A DNA stretch of 64,000 nt, taken from the NCBI GenBank assembly GCA_039588275.1, contig JBDHAC010000005.1:34309-98308 (forward strand). The letters run 5' to 3'. Positions 19,635 through 28,388 of this stretch are shown here, piece by piece. Source of the stretch: Gemmatimonadota bacterium. Its GTDB lineage: Bacteria; Gemmatimonadota; Gemmatimonadetes; Palauibacterales; Palauibacteraceae. Numbering within the stretch: position 1 is the first letter of the stretch; each line of letters opens with the position of its first letter. The notes under the pieces were generated by a model. It did not search any database, had not been told where the DNA came from, and saw only the letters and a program-made list of their open reading frames with translations. The translations under genes were made by a program, and so were the position numbers.

Positions 19635-20435
19635 GAAGGCGAAGGCTCCGTAGCCCACTACCCGGTCCTTCGGTCCAGCCGTATCACCCGAGTTCCGCAA
19701 GTCCAGAGTCCGCACCCTGAGCCCTCGCTCGGCGGCAAGACCCAGCAGGCCCTGGACGGCTACTGCACCGCAAGCTTGGGTCGGGCCGATGTCCTGCGGG
19801 CGCAGCGCCTCGATCGCGCTTGCCGTGGCTCGGTCCTCCCGGCGGGCGGAATCGTAGTCCAGATAGTGACTCAGATCCGAGCTCACGACGATCGAAGTCT
19901 CGGGCCCGCCCCACAGGAGACGTAGCGCCGTTTCGACATCAGCCGGCTCCGCGTCTCCGACCACGAGCGGGACGAGACGGAACGCCGAGAAGCTGCGCTG
20001 CAGGAAGGGGAGATGGACCTCCAGCGAGTGCTCGGGCTCGTGCGCCTCGTCGCGCTCCCGCACGCAGGGCAGGGAGAGAGCTCGTCCCACGGCCTCACGG
20101 TCCACCTCCACCAGCCCGAGCGGGGTCTCGAACGCGTCCGCGCCCGATGCGGCGAGCCCGCGGAAGGGCACCCGGTGGGCGGGGCCGACGAGGATGACCC
20201 GCTCGACGTCCTCTCCTGCCTCCTCGAGCCAGCGATACGCGGTCGCCGCGATCGGTCCCGAGTAGATGTATCCGGCGTGGGGTGCTACCACCGCTTTGTG
20301 CCACCCCGGCGCTTTTCCGGGACCGGTCGTCGCGTGCGGGACGGCTGCATCGAGGAGCGACGTCACCGTCTCACCCAGTGCATCTCGATCTGCGGGATAG
20401 AAGTAACCCGCAACGGCCGGGCGGCGAATCTTCAT
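19623..20435 (-). CDS. amrB: AmmeMemoRadiSam system protein B (MEMO1 family)
   Basis: RRPAVAGYFYP, PHAGYIYSG, EHSLEV, SSDLSHY, NSGDT...VVGYG. Confidence 0.95.
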   Translation of the reverse strand: MKIRRPAVAGYFYPADRDALGETVTSLLDAAVPHATTGPGKAPGWHKAVVAPHAGYIYSGPIAATAYRWLEEAGEDVERVILVGPAHRVPFRGLAASGADAFETPLGLVEVDREAVGRALSLPCVRERDEAHEPEHSLEVHLPFLQRSFSAFRLVPLVVGDAEPADVETALRLLWGGPETSIVVSSDLSHYLDYDSARREDRATASAIEALRPQDIGPTQACGAVAVQGLLGLAAERGLRVRTLDLRNSGDTAGPKDRVVGYGAFAFEEA

Positions 20436-20454
20436 CGTTCAATCCCTTGCATCC

Positions 20455-21552
20455 TCAGGCGGCGTAGGTCGCGAGCCGCACCGGCAAGCGCCTCGCGCCC
20501 CATCCGCCTGGCTTTGGCTCGAACAGGCCCGGGCATCTACTGCCGCAGCGGCTACACAGCCCGTCGCCCGTGAGATTCCATTCGGACAGCACGTACCAAT
20601 CGCGCCCGATGAGGCGCTCCCCGCACCCGTGGCAGTACGTGCTCTGCGTCTCGAGGTCGTGCACGTTCCCGGTGTAGACGTGCCGCAGCCCGTTCGCGAG
20701 GCCGATCCGCCGCGCTCGACGCAGCGTGTCGGGAGGTGTCCGCGGTCGGTCTCGCATCTTCCAGTCGGGGTGGAACGCGGTGAAGTGGAGCGGGACATCC
20801 GGTCCCAGGTGCTCGGCGATCCACGCGGTTTCCCCCTCGATCTCGCCGTCCGAATCGTTCTCCCCCGGGATGAGAAGCGTCGTGATCTCGAACCACACGT
20901 CAGTCTCGTGCCGCAGGTGGCGAAGCGTGTCAAGGACGGGCTCGAGCTCGCCCCCGCACACCTTCCGGTAGAACGTGTCGCTGAACGCCTTCAGGTCCAC
21001 GTTGGCGGCATCCATGTGCCGGTAGAACTCCGCGCGCGGCCCGGGAGACTGGTACCCGGCCGTGACGGCGACCGAGCGGATACCACGCTCGCGGCATGCC
21101 CGGGCTACATCGATCGCGTACTCGTGGAAGATGATTGGGTCGTTGTAGGTAAACGCCACGCTGCGACACCCGAGACGCTCGGCGGCCCGAGCGATGGTCT
21201 CGGGCGACGCCGCATCGGCCAGCGTGTCCATCTCGCGCGACTTCGAGATGTCCCAGTTCTGACAGTACCGGCAAGCGAGGAGGCATCCGGCCGTCCCGAA
21301 CGAGAGCACCGGTGTGCCCGGCAGAAAGTGGTTGAGCGGCTTCTTCTCGATCGGGTCCACGCAATAGCCGCTGGAGCGGCCGTACGTGGTCAGGACGATT
21401 TGATCGCCGGCGTTGGCGCGGACGAAGCAGAACCCGCGCTGTCCGTCGCGCAGCCGGCACTCGCGGGGGCAAATGTCGCACTGGACGCGTCCGTCTTCCA
21501 GCCGGTGCCAGTGCCGCGTCGGGTGTCCCTCCAGCGCGTCGGCGACTTTCAT
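20455..21552 (-). CDS. amrS: AmmeMemoRadiSam system radical SAM enzyme
   Basis: CDICPREC, DPIEKKPLNHF, GCLLACRYCQNWDIS, AFTYNDP, YTGNVHD. Confidence 0.95.
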   Translation of the reverse strand: MKVADALEGHPTRHWHRLEDGRVQCDICPRECRLRDGQRGFCFVRANAGDQIVLTTYGRSSGYCVDPIEKKPLNHFLPGTPVLSFGTAGCLLACRYCQNWDISKSREMDTLADAASPETIARAAERLGCRSVAFTYNDPIIFHEYAIDVARACRERGIRSVAVTAGYQSPGPRAEFYRHMDAANVDLKAFSDTFYRKVCGGELEPVLDTLRHLRHETDVWFEITTLLIPGENDSDGEIEGETAWIAEHLGPDVPLHFTAFHPDWKMRDRPRTPPDTLRRARRIGLANGLRHVYTGNVHDLETQSTYCHGCGERLIGRDWYVLSEWNLTGDGLCSRCGSRCPGLFEPKPGGWGARRLPVRLATYAA

Positions 21553-22520
21553 GCGTCCGCAGCCCGGTTGAGGACCCTGAAGAGCCGGAGGTGTGACTGC
21601 CGCTCATCCAGCCTCCGGAGACCGAGGTCGCCCGCGATCTCCCGCGCCTGACGGAACTCGGCGGCGGAGAGACGCCGGCACAGCTCCGGGTACCGGTCCT
21701 CGCTCACCGCGCCGGCCGGCGAGTACTGGTCCATGAGGTTCACGTACGTCCCCGGTCCCAATTCCCGGGCGATCCACTCCAGAATCGCCCGCGTCTCGTC
21801 TAGCTCGCCGGGCATGACGAGGTGCCGCAGGAGTACGCCTCGCCGCGCGAGCCCGTCGGCATCGATGACGAGATCCCCGACCTGGCGGTGCATCTCCGCG
21901 ATCGCGGCACGTGCCGCGTCCGGATAATCCTCGGCCTTCAGGTATTTCCGGCTCTTGTCCGCGCTCCAGTACTTGAAGTCCGGCATGTAGATGTCGACGA
22001 CCCCGTCCATGAAGGCCAGGCTTTCGAGGGCGTCGTACGCGCTCGTGTTGTAGACGATGGGAAGCTCGAGCCCGTCCTCCACCGCCTTCGCGATTGCCTC
22101 GAGCACCTGAGGTACGACGTGCTCGGGGGTCACGAAGTTGACGTTATGGCACCCGAGCCTTTGTAGCTCCAACATCATGGCCGCGATCTCGTGCGCCTTG
22201 GCCTCGCGATCGGATCGGCCGGGCTTGATCGCCTGGCTGATGTCCCAGTTCTGACAGAAGGCACACCGCAGATTGCAGTGCGAGAAGAAGATGGTGCCCG
22301 ACCCGTTCCACCCCCGCAGGCAATCCTCTTCGCCCAAGTGCGGGAAGCAACTGCTCACGACCGCGTGGCGACCGGTCTTGCATGCCGCCCACTTGTCCTC
22401 GAGCCTGTTCACACCGCAATCGCGCGGGCACGCGCGGCAATCCGCCAGGCTGGCGACGGCGCGCTCGGCCCGCAGCTGAAGCTCGCGGCGAGATAGGCTC
22501 AGGTACGCCGCACGAACCAC
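21549..22520 (-). CDS. PflX-like radical SAM protein
   Basis: CRACPRDCGVNR, HLGEE, GSGTIFF.HCNLRCAFCQN, DIYMPDFKY, LLRHLVMPG; ATGA-type overlap with amrS. Confidence 0.9.
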   Translation of the reverse strand: MVRAAYLSLSRRELQLRAERAVASLADCRACPRDCGVNRLEDKWAACKTGRHAVVSSCFPHLGEEDCLRGWNGSGTIFFSHCNLRCAFCQNWDISQAIKPGRSDREAKAHEIAAMMLELQRLGCHNVNFVTPEHVVPQVLEAIAKAVEDGLELPIVYNTSAYDALESLAFMDGVVDIYMPDFKYWSADKSRKYLKAEDYPDAARAAIAEMHRQVGDLVIDADGLARRGVLLRHLVMPGELDETRAILEWIARELGPGTYVNLMDQYSPAGAVSEDRYPELCRRLSAAEFRQAREIAGDLGLRRLDERQSHLRLFRVLNRAADA

Positions 22521-22566
22521 GGGGCCTCCGATCCTGCCATATTGACCTTCCCCGAAATGTACGCGC

Positions 22567-22602
22567 GGACCGGGGCTTTCGCCCCAGCCTCGTGTCTCGG
22601 AT
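22567..22602 (+). promoter_or_regulatory. Conserved upstream motif, copy A (also at 25738-25772)
   Basis: GGACCGGGGCTTTCGCCCCAGCCTCGTGTCTCGGAT matches copy B at 28 of 36 aligned positions; contains GGGGC-TTTC-GCCCC hairpin. Confidence 0.45.
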
Positions 22603-22679
22603 GCGTCAAGATGTAAGATTCAGCTCATTCGTGGCATCCATACGCTGGTGAGGGATGGTGTGGGTGCCGACTCGAACCG

Positions 22680-23228
22680 GTGGGAGTGTCGGCAGGCAAT
22701 GGCGTGAAACCCGAAGCTACCAGGCCCGAGGTCCTGACGCGGGCGGGTCGCGGTGACCGCGACGCGCTGACGCAACTGTATCAAGAGTACGCGGAGGGGG
22801 TGTACGAGGCTGCCTTTCACCTCACGGAATCCGCCGCCGACGCTCAGGATGTCGTGCAGGAGGTGTTCTTGGGGCTGCCGGAGGCACTGCGGACGTACGA
22901 GGGACGCGGCAGCTTCGGTTCCTGGCTGCGGACGGTGACGGTGCGGACGGCGTTGATCAAGCTTCGCCAGCGTCGGCGGCTGAGGGAGATATCGCTTGGC
23001 TTCAATCGGACCGGACTATCGCTCGCGCCCGCGGGCCATATCGATCGTATCGAGCTGGAGAGGGCGCTGAGCGCGCTCCCAGAGAAGCTGAGGATCGTGG
23101 TCGTTCTCAAGGAGATTCAGGGTTTCTCGCACAGGGAGATCGCCGGCCTGCTGGGGATTCGACCCTCGGCGTCGGCCGCGCGGCTTTCGAGGGCGAGAGA
23201 GCAGCTCCGGGAGCACCTCAACACCTGA
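22680..23228 (+). CDS. ECF RNA polymerase sigma factor
   Basis: GDRDA...DAQDVVQEVF, F.SWL (region 2); LPEKLR...GFSHREIA (region 4); start could be GTG 22704. Confidence 0.93.
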   Translation: MGVSAGNGVKPEATRPEVLTRAGRGDRDALTQLYQEYAEGVYEAAFHLTESAADAQDVVQEVFLGLPEALRTYEGRGSFGSWLRTVTVRTALIKLRQRRRLREISLGFNRTGLSLAPAGHIDRIELERALSALPEKLRIVVVLKEIQGFSHREIAGLLGIRPSASAARLSRAREQLREHLNT

Positions 23229-23229
23229 G

Positions 23230-23427
23230 ATGGTGCTTCGTCGCTGGCACCCGGACCTGGAGACGCTTCACGATCTCGTCGAGGGAGCGGTCGCGGACGG
23301 CCTCCGAGGACGCGTCGAGCGTCACGTGGAGAGCTGCGGCGAGTGCCAGCGCGAAGTGGGGATGAGACAGGATGCCAGGACAGGGCTCGAGAATATCGCG
23401 CGTCTGCGCGCGAGGTTGAGAGGATAG
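23230..23427 (+). CDS. Small stand-alone zf-HC2 (anti-sigma zinc finger) protein
   Basis: HP...L...ERHVESCGECQREV = HxxxCxxC; starts 1 nt after the sigma stop. Confidence 0.75.
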   Translation: MVLRRWHPDLETLHDLVEGAVADGLRGRVERHVESCGECQREVGMRQDARTGLENIARLRARLRG

Positions 23428-23432
23428 CGGGG

Positions 23433-25577
23433 ATGCGGGTACGTAGACATCCGAGCCACCAAACGCTCAGCTGCTACATCGACGAAGAGCTGACGGAAGC
23501 TCGACACAGCGAGGTGGATGAACACCTCGAGGGCTGCCTGAGATGTCGGCGTGAAGTCGACTTCATGGCCGAGGTGCAGCGCGGACTGCGTGAGATCGCG
23601 AAGCCGCGCCCGCCCCGGGACGTCCTGGAGCACATCCTCGAGCGCCGAGAAGCGGGCGAACGGATCATCCTGCCGACCGCGTGGGCGAGCCCGCGGAGAC
23701 TCAAGCCCGCGGTGCCCGCGGTCACAGCGGTCGCCGCGGCCCTGTTCGCGGCCGCGGTGGGGCTCATGCTCCTCGACAGCCGCGAGGCCGCTGCCGGCGC
23801 CAGCGGCATGGAGTTCTCGCCCTCCAACCTGGCTTACACCCACGAAATCGAGATCGAGTACCGAACTGCGGGTGCACTGGCGGGTGAGCCGAAGCTCCGG
23901 GTGCGCGGTCGCTACCTGACGGCCGATGACGACATCCGGTTTGGCGCGGGCGGGTCCTTCGTGTCCGCCGATCTGTGGCCTGGTGAGGACGGGACCTTTC
24001 AAGGAACCCTCCGTCTGCCCGGTTCCGCGGTGTACGCTCAGTTCGCGGTGGAGGACGAAGACGGCGAGTACGTGGATCACAACGGTTACCTGTCGTGGGA
24101 CCTCGTGGCCGAGTACGAGGATGGTCGACCCAAGTTCGAGGCGTTGTGGCAGCGCGCCAGAGCCTTCCAGGAGAGAGACCGGCAAGAGGCGTACGAGTCG
24201 ATCAAGCGGCTGACAGAGCTGTACCCGGACCGCGTGGAAGGGTGGTCGGCGCGGTACGGGTACGAGAGGGCCGCGATCGCGTCCGTGCTCACGCGACCGC
24301 TCGAGAGCCGGCACCGCTCGAAGTTCGCCGGGTTCCTCGAGCAGGCGTCGAGAGGTGCGTTGTCCGCCACGGAGCTGGGTGCCCTCGTCGACTACGCCCG
24401 CCGTTTGGGCGACCGCCCTGCGGTCGAGATGGTGGCCAGCGAGCTGCAGCGGCTTTACCCGAGCGATCCGATCGCCGTTGGCGAGCGCGTCGTGCGTCTG
24501 CGGGAATCGCTGCGGGGCGAACCCCAGGCCATGCTCCGCGAGCTCGAGCGCGAGTGGGAGCGTGTGGGGCCGACGCAGCCCCTGCTCGTTGAAGACGCAT
24601 ATGAGGCGGCCACGAAGACCCGTGATCCCGCGGCGATCCGGCAGTGGACCGACCGCCTCGTGGCGCTAGAACCCAGCCGAACGCCGATCATTGCTCGCGA
24701 CCTCGAGGGAATCCCTTCCGTGCGCCCGTACGTGGCCGAACTGATCAGGGTCGAGCTCAGGCGGCTCGAAGAGGCCCCGGAGATCAGTCGCCCGCTGCAC
24801 CTCGGCGTGAGCGAGTACCGTGATGAGAACCGGCGCCTGCGCCACGACCTCTTGGCGAGGCTGGGTCGGATGCTGGTAGCCGAAGGAAGGGTGGAGGCCG
24901 GAGTCGACACATTGCTGCTGGCGGCCGAGACCGGCTGGGATCCCGAGCTGTTTGCTGAGCTCGGCGCGCTATCCGCATCCCGCGGTGACGTGACGACGGC
25001 ACGCCGCTACTCTGCGTTGGCGGCCGTCGATCCGCTAATAGAGCATACAGAGCTGGAAGCTCTGCATGCGCGGGGCGACAGACTTACCACGGAGAGTTCT
25101 TGGGAGGAGGCGCTCGAGGCAGCAAGAGAGGAGCAAAAGGATCGACTGTACGAGGGCGACATCAATCGGAGGTTGCCCGACGGTATCGTTCTCAGAGACC
25201 AAGGCAGAGCCGTACGACAATTCGAATCCTTGCTCGGAGAGGGGGCCACAATCGTCCTTCTGTGGTCACGGTGGGAGCGGAGGACCATCGAGGTCTCCAG
25301 GAAGTTGGGGGAGTATCGTGACCGGCTCGCTCCGGCGGGGGTGGAGATCCTCGCGATCACCCGGGACCCGGATGCTGAGGGAGCGTTGAACGGCTGGAGG
25401 GAGTTAAACGTTGACCTTCCGGCTTACCTAGACCCCCGGGGGCGGGCGACGGCCGCCATGGGTTCTTTCGCGTTCCCGGATCTGTTGGTGCTGGACGCTG
25501 GTGGGCGGGTCCGATTCGCGGACAGAGACGCCGACGGAGCGGCGCGCGCCGCTCTGACATTGGCCGGAGCAAGGTAG
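23433..25577 (+). CDS. Large anti-sigma-like protein: zf-HC2, TM, extracytoplasmic beta and TPR-like region, C-terminal redoxin-like domain lacking CxxC
   Basis: HLEGCLRC; TM VAAALFAAAVGLMLL; helical repeats; C-terminal IVLLWSRWERRT...ILAITRD...YLDP...FPDLLVLDAGGRVRF. Confidence 0.8.
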   Translation: MRVRRHPSHQTLSCYIDEELTEARHSEVDEHLEGCLRCRREVDFMAEVQRGLREIAKPRPPRDVLEHILERREAGERIILPTAWASPRRLKPAVPAVTAVAAALFAAAVGLMLLDSREAAAGASGMEFSPSNLAYTHEIEIEYRTAGALAGEPKLRVRGRYLTADDDIRFGAGGSFVSADLWPGEDGTFQGTLRLPGSAVYAQFAVEDEDGEYVDHNGYLSWDLVAEYEDGRPKFEALWQRARAFQERDRQEAYESIKRLTELYPDRVEGWSARYGYERAAIASVLTRPLESRHRSKFAGFLEQASRGALSATELGALVDYARRLGDRPAVEMVASELQRLYPSDPIAVGERVVRLRESLRGEPQAMLRELEREWERVGPTQPLLVEDAYEAATKTRDPAAIRQWTDRLVALEPSRTPIIARDLEGIPSVRPYVAELIRVELRRLEEAPEISRPLHLGVSEYRDENRRLRHDLLARLGRMLVAEGRVEAGVDTLLLAAETGWDPELFAELGALSASRGDVTTARRYSALAAVDPLIEHTELEALHARGDRLTTESSWEEALEAAREEQKDRLYEGDINRRLPDGIVLRDQGRAVRQFESLLGEGATIVLLWSRWERRTIEVSRKLGEYRDRLAPAGVEILAITRDPDAEGALNGWRELNVDLPAYLDPRGRATAAMGSFAFPDLLVLDAGGRVRFADRDADGAARAALTLAGAR

Positions 25578-25737
25578 CCGGCGGCGGCTCGATCCGGCCG
25601 CCATAGGCTCGAAGAGCAAACCACCCAGGTACGCAATAAGAAGGGGCGTGCTCACCGGTCGGGTGGCCTTGGGCGCACCCCCCTCCGCTTTTCCTGGCAG
25701 TTCGTAAAACAGTAGACATCACAGGCCATCCGCACCC

Positions 25738-25772
25738 GGACAGGGGCTTCGCCCTGGCCTCGGGTGCGGGAT
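25738..25772 (+). promoter_or_regulatory. Conserved upstream motif, copy B
   Basis: GGACAGGGGCTTCGCCCTGGCCTCGGGTGCGGGAT, 27 nt upstream of the small peptide gene. Confidence 0.45.
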
Positions 25773-25799
25773 CTTCACGCGCTTCCAAGAGGAGGAATC

Positions 25800-26000
25800 A
25801 TGGATTCCAAGCGCATCTCCCGATTCACGAGTGCGACGCTGCTGGCCGCGGGCTTCTCGCTGATTCCCGTCACGATCTCCAGTTCCGGCGAGCTGGAGGA
25901 AGCCGCCGTGTGCGCGAATCAGGGACAGTGCACCTTCGAACTGGGGTCGTGGTGCGACGACAACTTCGACTACTACGATAAGCCAGTGGTCGTCGACTGA
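25800..26000 (+). CDS. 66-aa exported Cys-containing peptide
   Basis: Strong RBS AGAGGAGG; MDSKRISRFTSATLLAAGFSLIPV signal-like; core EEAAVCANQGQCTFELGSWCDDNFDYYDK. Confidence 0.8.
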   Translation: MDSKRISRFTSATLLAAGFSLIPVTISSSGELEEAAVCANQGQCTFELGSWCDDNFDYYDKPVVVD

Positions 26001-26050
26001 TCCGAGCGCGAGACGATTCCAAGAAGCTCGAGACGAAAGGACTCGAAGCC

Positions 26051-27175
26051 ATGTTCAAGCGATTCGGGAAAGCGCTCGCGCTCCTGGTGACCCCCTTTAT
26101 CGTCTTCCTGGGCTCGACGGGCCTCGGCTCGTGGGCCATCGCGTCGGACGAACGCTCCCCTTCGAGCGAAGAGGTGTCGATCCTGGACCTCCAGGGCGCG
26201 GTGCATCACCAAGGTGAGCACCTCGGGATGCCCGTAGGGTTGGCGGTGTTCGGCAACACGCTGGTCGCGATCGACCGCTTCGCGGAGCGCAGCGTCCACG
26301 TCGTCGATCTCGGCACGGGGAAGCTCCGCGGATCGGTCGGACGGGAAGGGGAAGGGCCGGGCGAGTTCAGGGCTGTGTACTCGATCGATCGCGTGGCGAA
26401 CAGCGATGAACTGTGGGTGTTCGATGCCGGAACGCAGCGTCTGACGCGCCTGGACCTCGCGGCGCTCGACTCCGACGGCGGCTGGGCGAAGGAGTTCGTC
26501 AGCTTGCGGGGGAGTGCACGCGTGATGAACCCGGTCCGAACAGCTGAGGACAACGTCCTGGCCGTCGGCCTCTTCACCGAGGGTCGGTTCGGCGTCTTCA
26601 ATCAGAACGGTGAGCAAGTCGACGCGCTCGGTAGCCTGCCTGAGTGGTCAGAGCCCATCCCGCCGGGAGTGCTCCAACACGCGTTTACCGGGACGATCAA
26701 GGCCGACCCGGACCGTCAGCGGTTCGCCGTCGGAGCACGCCACGCCGGCTTGCTGGAGATCTTCGACGCGTCCGGTCGGCGGCTCGCCCGGGCCGAGGTC
26801 CCCGTGGAGTTCGAGCCGCGATTCACCGTCAACGTGCGTGATGACCGCATCTCGATGGGGAGCGGTGAGGACCTGAGGTTCGGCTACGTCGACGTGGCTA
26901 CGACGCACGACCGTGTCTACGGCCTCTTCTCGGGGCGGGTGCGCGGCGAGTACCCGAAGAGCGCCAACTTTGCGCGCGAAATCCATGTGTTCGATTGGAC
27001 CGGTCGGCTAGAGTCGATTATCCACCTCGACGCGGACATAATCGCGATCGCGGTGGACGAATGGGACGATAACCTGTACGCGATCGGTCACGACCCGCTC
27101 CCAGCGATCCTGAAGTACGAGCTGCGGGACGCGGGCGGATCTCGGGCCGTGGGCTCCATCGCGATGCGTGACTGA
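26051..27175 (+). CDS. Six-bladed beta-propeller protein (BF3164/TolB-like family)
   Basis: Signal peptide; GREGEGPGEF signature, YVDVATT...VYGLFSG, IHVFDWTG. Confidence 0.85.
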   Translation: MFKRFGKALALLVTPFIVFLGSTGLGSWAIASDERSPSSEEVSILDLQGAVHHQGEHLGMPVGLAVFGNTLVAIDRFAERSVHVVDLGTGKLRGSVGREGEGPGEFRAVYSIDRVANSDELWVFDAGTQRLTRLDLAALDSDGGWAKEFVSLRGSARVMNPVRTAEDNVLAVGLFTEGRFGVFNQNGEQVDALGSLPEWSEPIPPGVLQHAFTGTIKADPDRQRFAVGARHAGLLEIFDASGRRLARAEVPVEFEPRFTVNVRDDRISMGSGEDLRFGYVDVATTHDRVYGLFSGRVRGEYPKSANFAREIHVFDWTGRLESIIHLDADIIAIAVDEWDDNLYAIGHDPLPAILKYELRDAGGSRAVGSIAMRD

Positions 27176-27241
27176 CGGGCTGACGCGGCTTGGCCGCGGC
27201 CGGCGTGCGACGCCGATTGAAAACCCGCTCCCGAGGCGCGA

Positions 27242-28252
27242 TCAGGAGTTCGCGGGTTCGGTGGTTACTGTAACCGAGCCCGCCTCGGAATCGGCGACGG
27301 CGGAAGCTCGCGACACCGCGGGGCGGTGTCGGGCGGCTCGCCTCTGCGACCGCTGAACGAGTATCACCGCAATAGTGATTATCGCCATCGCCACGAACGT
27401 GCGCTGGGTGAGGGGCTCCGAAGCCAACGCCCAACCCAGGACGACGGCCACCACAGGGTTCACGTACGCGTACGTACCAACCAACGCCGGTCGCACGGCG
27501 CGGAGTAGCCATATGTAGGCCGAGAACGCCACGAGCGAGCCGAACACGATGAGATAGGCCAGCGCGGCGACCGATTTCAGGGACACGGCCGCCAGCTCGA
27601 TCTGCCCGAACTCGCCCCGAAAACCCCCCGTCAACAAGAGCAGGCCGCCGCCGCAGAGCATCGTCAACGACGTGGCGTACAGCTGCGGGCTCGGGAAGGT
27701 CGCGCTTCGGCTGTAAATGGACCCGGCCGCCCAGGACACAGAGGCGATCAGCACCGCCACCGCGCCGAGCACGAACGAGCGTGGGTCGGCGCCCACGTTG
27801 CGCAGCACCTCGGGCGACGGCGCCAGGAGCAGAGCCACACCGCCCAGCCCGAGCCCCAGGCCCGCGATCTCGCCTCCGCTGGGCCGCTCTCCGTCGGGCC
27901 CGAGCCACGCCATCAACACCAGCCACAGCGGCGCGGTCGCGACGAGGAGCGCCGCCAGACCGGATGGCACGAATTGCTCTGCCCAGCTCAGGAGCCCGTT
28001 TCCACCCAAGAGCATGAGACCGCCGGATATCGTGGCGGCCTTCCAATGCCCCCCGGCCGGCATCTCGCTTCCCCGCAACCGGAACCAGGTGAACAGGACC
28101 CCGCCAGCCACGAGGAATCGAATCCCGGCCATCGAGAACGGTGGGATCGTCTCGATCGCGAAACGGATCGACAGGTAGGTCGATCCCCAGATCACGTAGA
28201 CCAGCCCGAGAGCCAGCAACACGCGTGCGGGTGACGCGTCCCGGGGACTCAT
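27242..28252 (-). CDS. EamA/DMT family transporter (YedA-like)
   Basis: VYVIWGSTY, GIRFLVAG, PSGLAALL, YLIVFGS, YAYVNPVVAV. Confidence 0.92.
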   Translation of the reverse strand: MSPRDASPARVLLALGLVYVIWGSTYLSIRFAIETIPPFSMAGIRFLVAGGVLFTWFRLRGSEMPAGGHWKAATISGGLMLLGGNGLLSWAEQFVPSGLAALLVATAPLWLVLMAWLGPDGERPSGGEIAGLGLGLGGVALLLAPSPEVLRNVGADPRSFVLGAVAVLIASVSWAAGSIYSRSATFPSPQLYATSLTMLCGGGLLLLTGGFRGEFGQIELAAVSLKSVAALAYLIVFGSLVAFSAYIWLLRAVRPALVGTYAYVNPVVAVVLGWALASEPLTQRTFVAMAIITIAVILVQRSQRRAARHRPAVSRASAVADSEAGSVTVTTEPANS

Positions 28253-28388
28253 ATGCGGCTGGGCTTCGATTCGCGGTGCATCTGACCCGATCCTGGCTCG
28301 ATCGCACTCACCTCGCGGCGATTCGATAGTGAAACGACCGAGGAGACCGACGCGTGAAAAGCCCCTGTGGCGGGAGTCGGGAGACGGG

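Noticed and set aside
25800..26000. Ranthipeptide/sactipeptide precursor for the nearby radical SAM enzymes
   Set aside because: Those enzymes are AmrS and PflX-like with no SPASM or RRE domain, are divergently transcribed, and the peptide has an export-type leader
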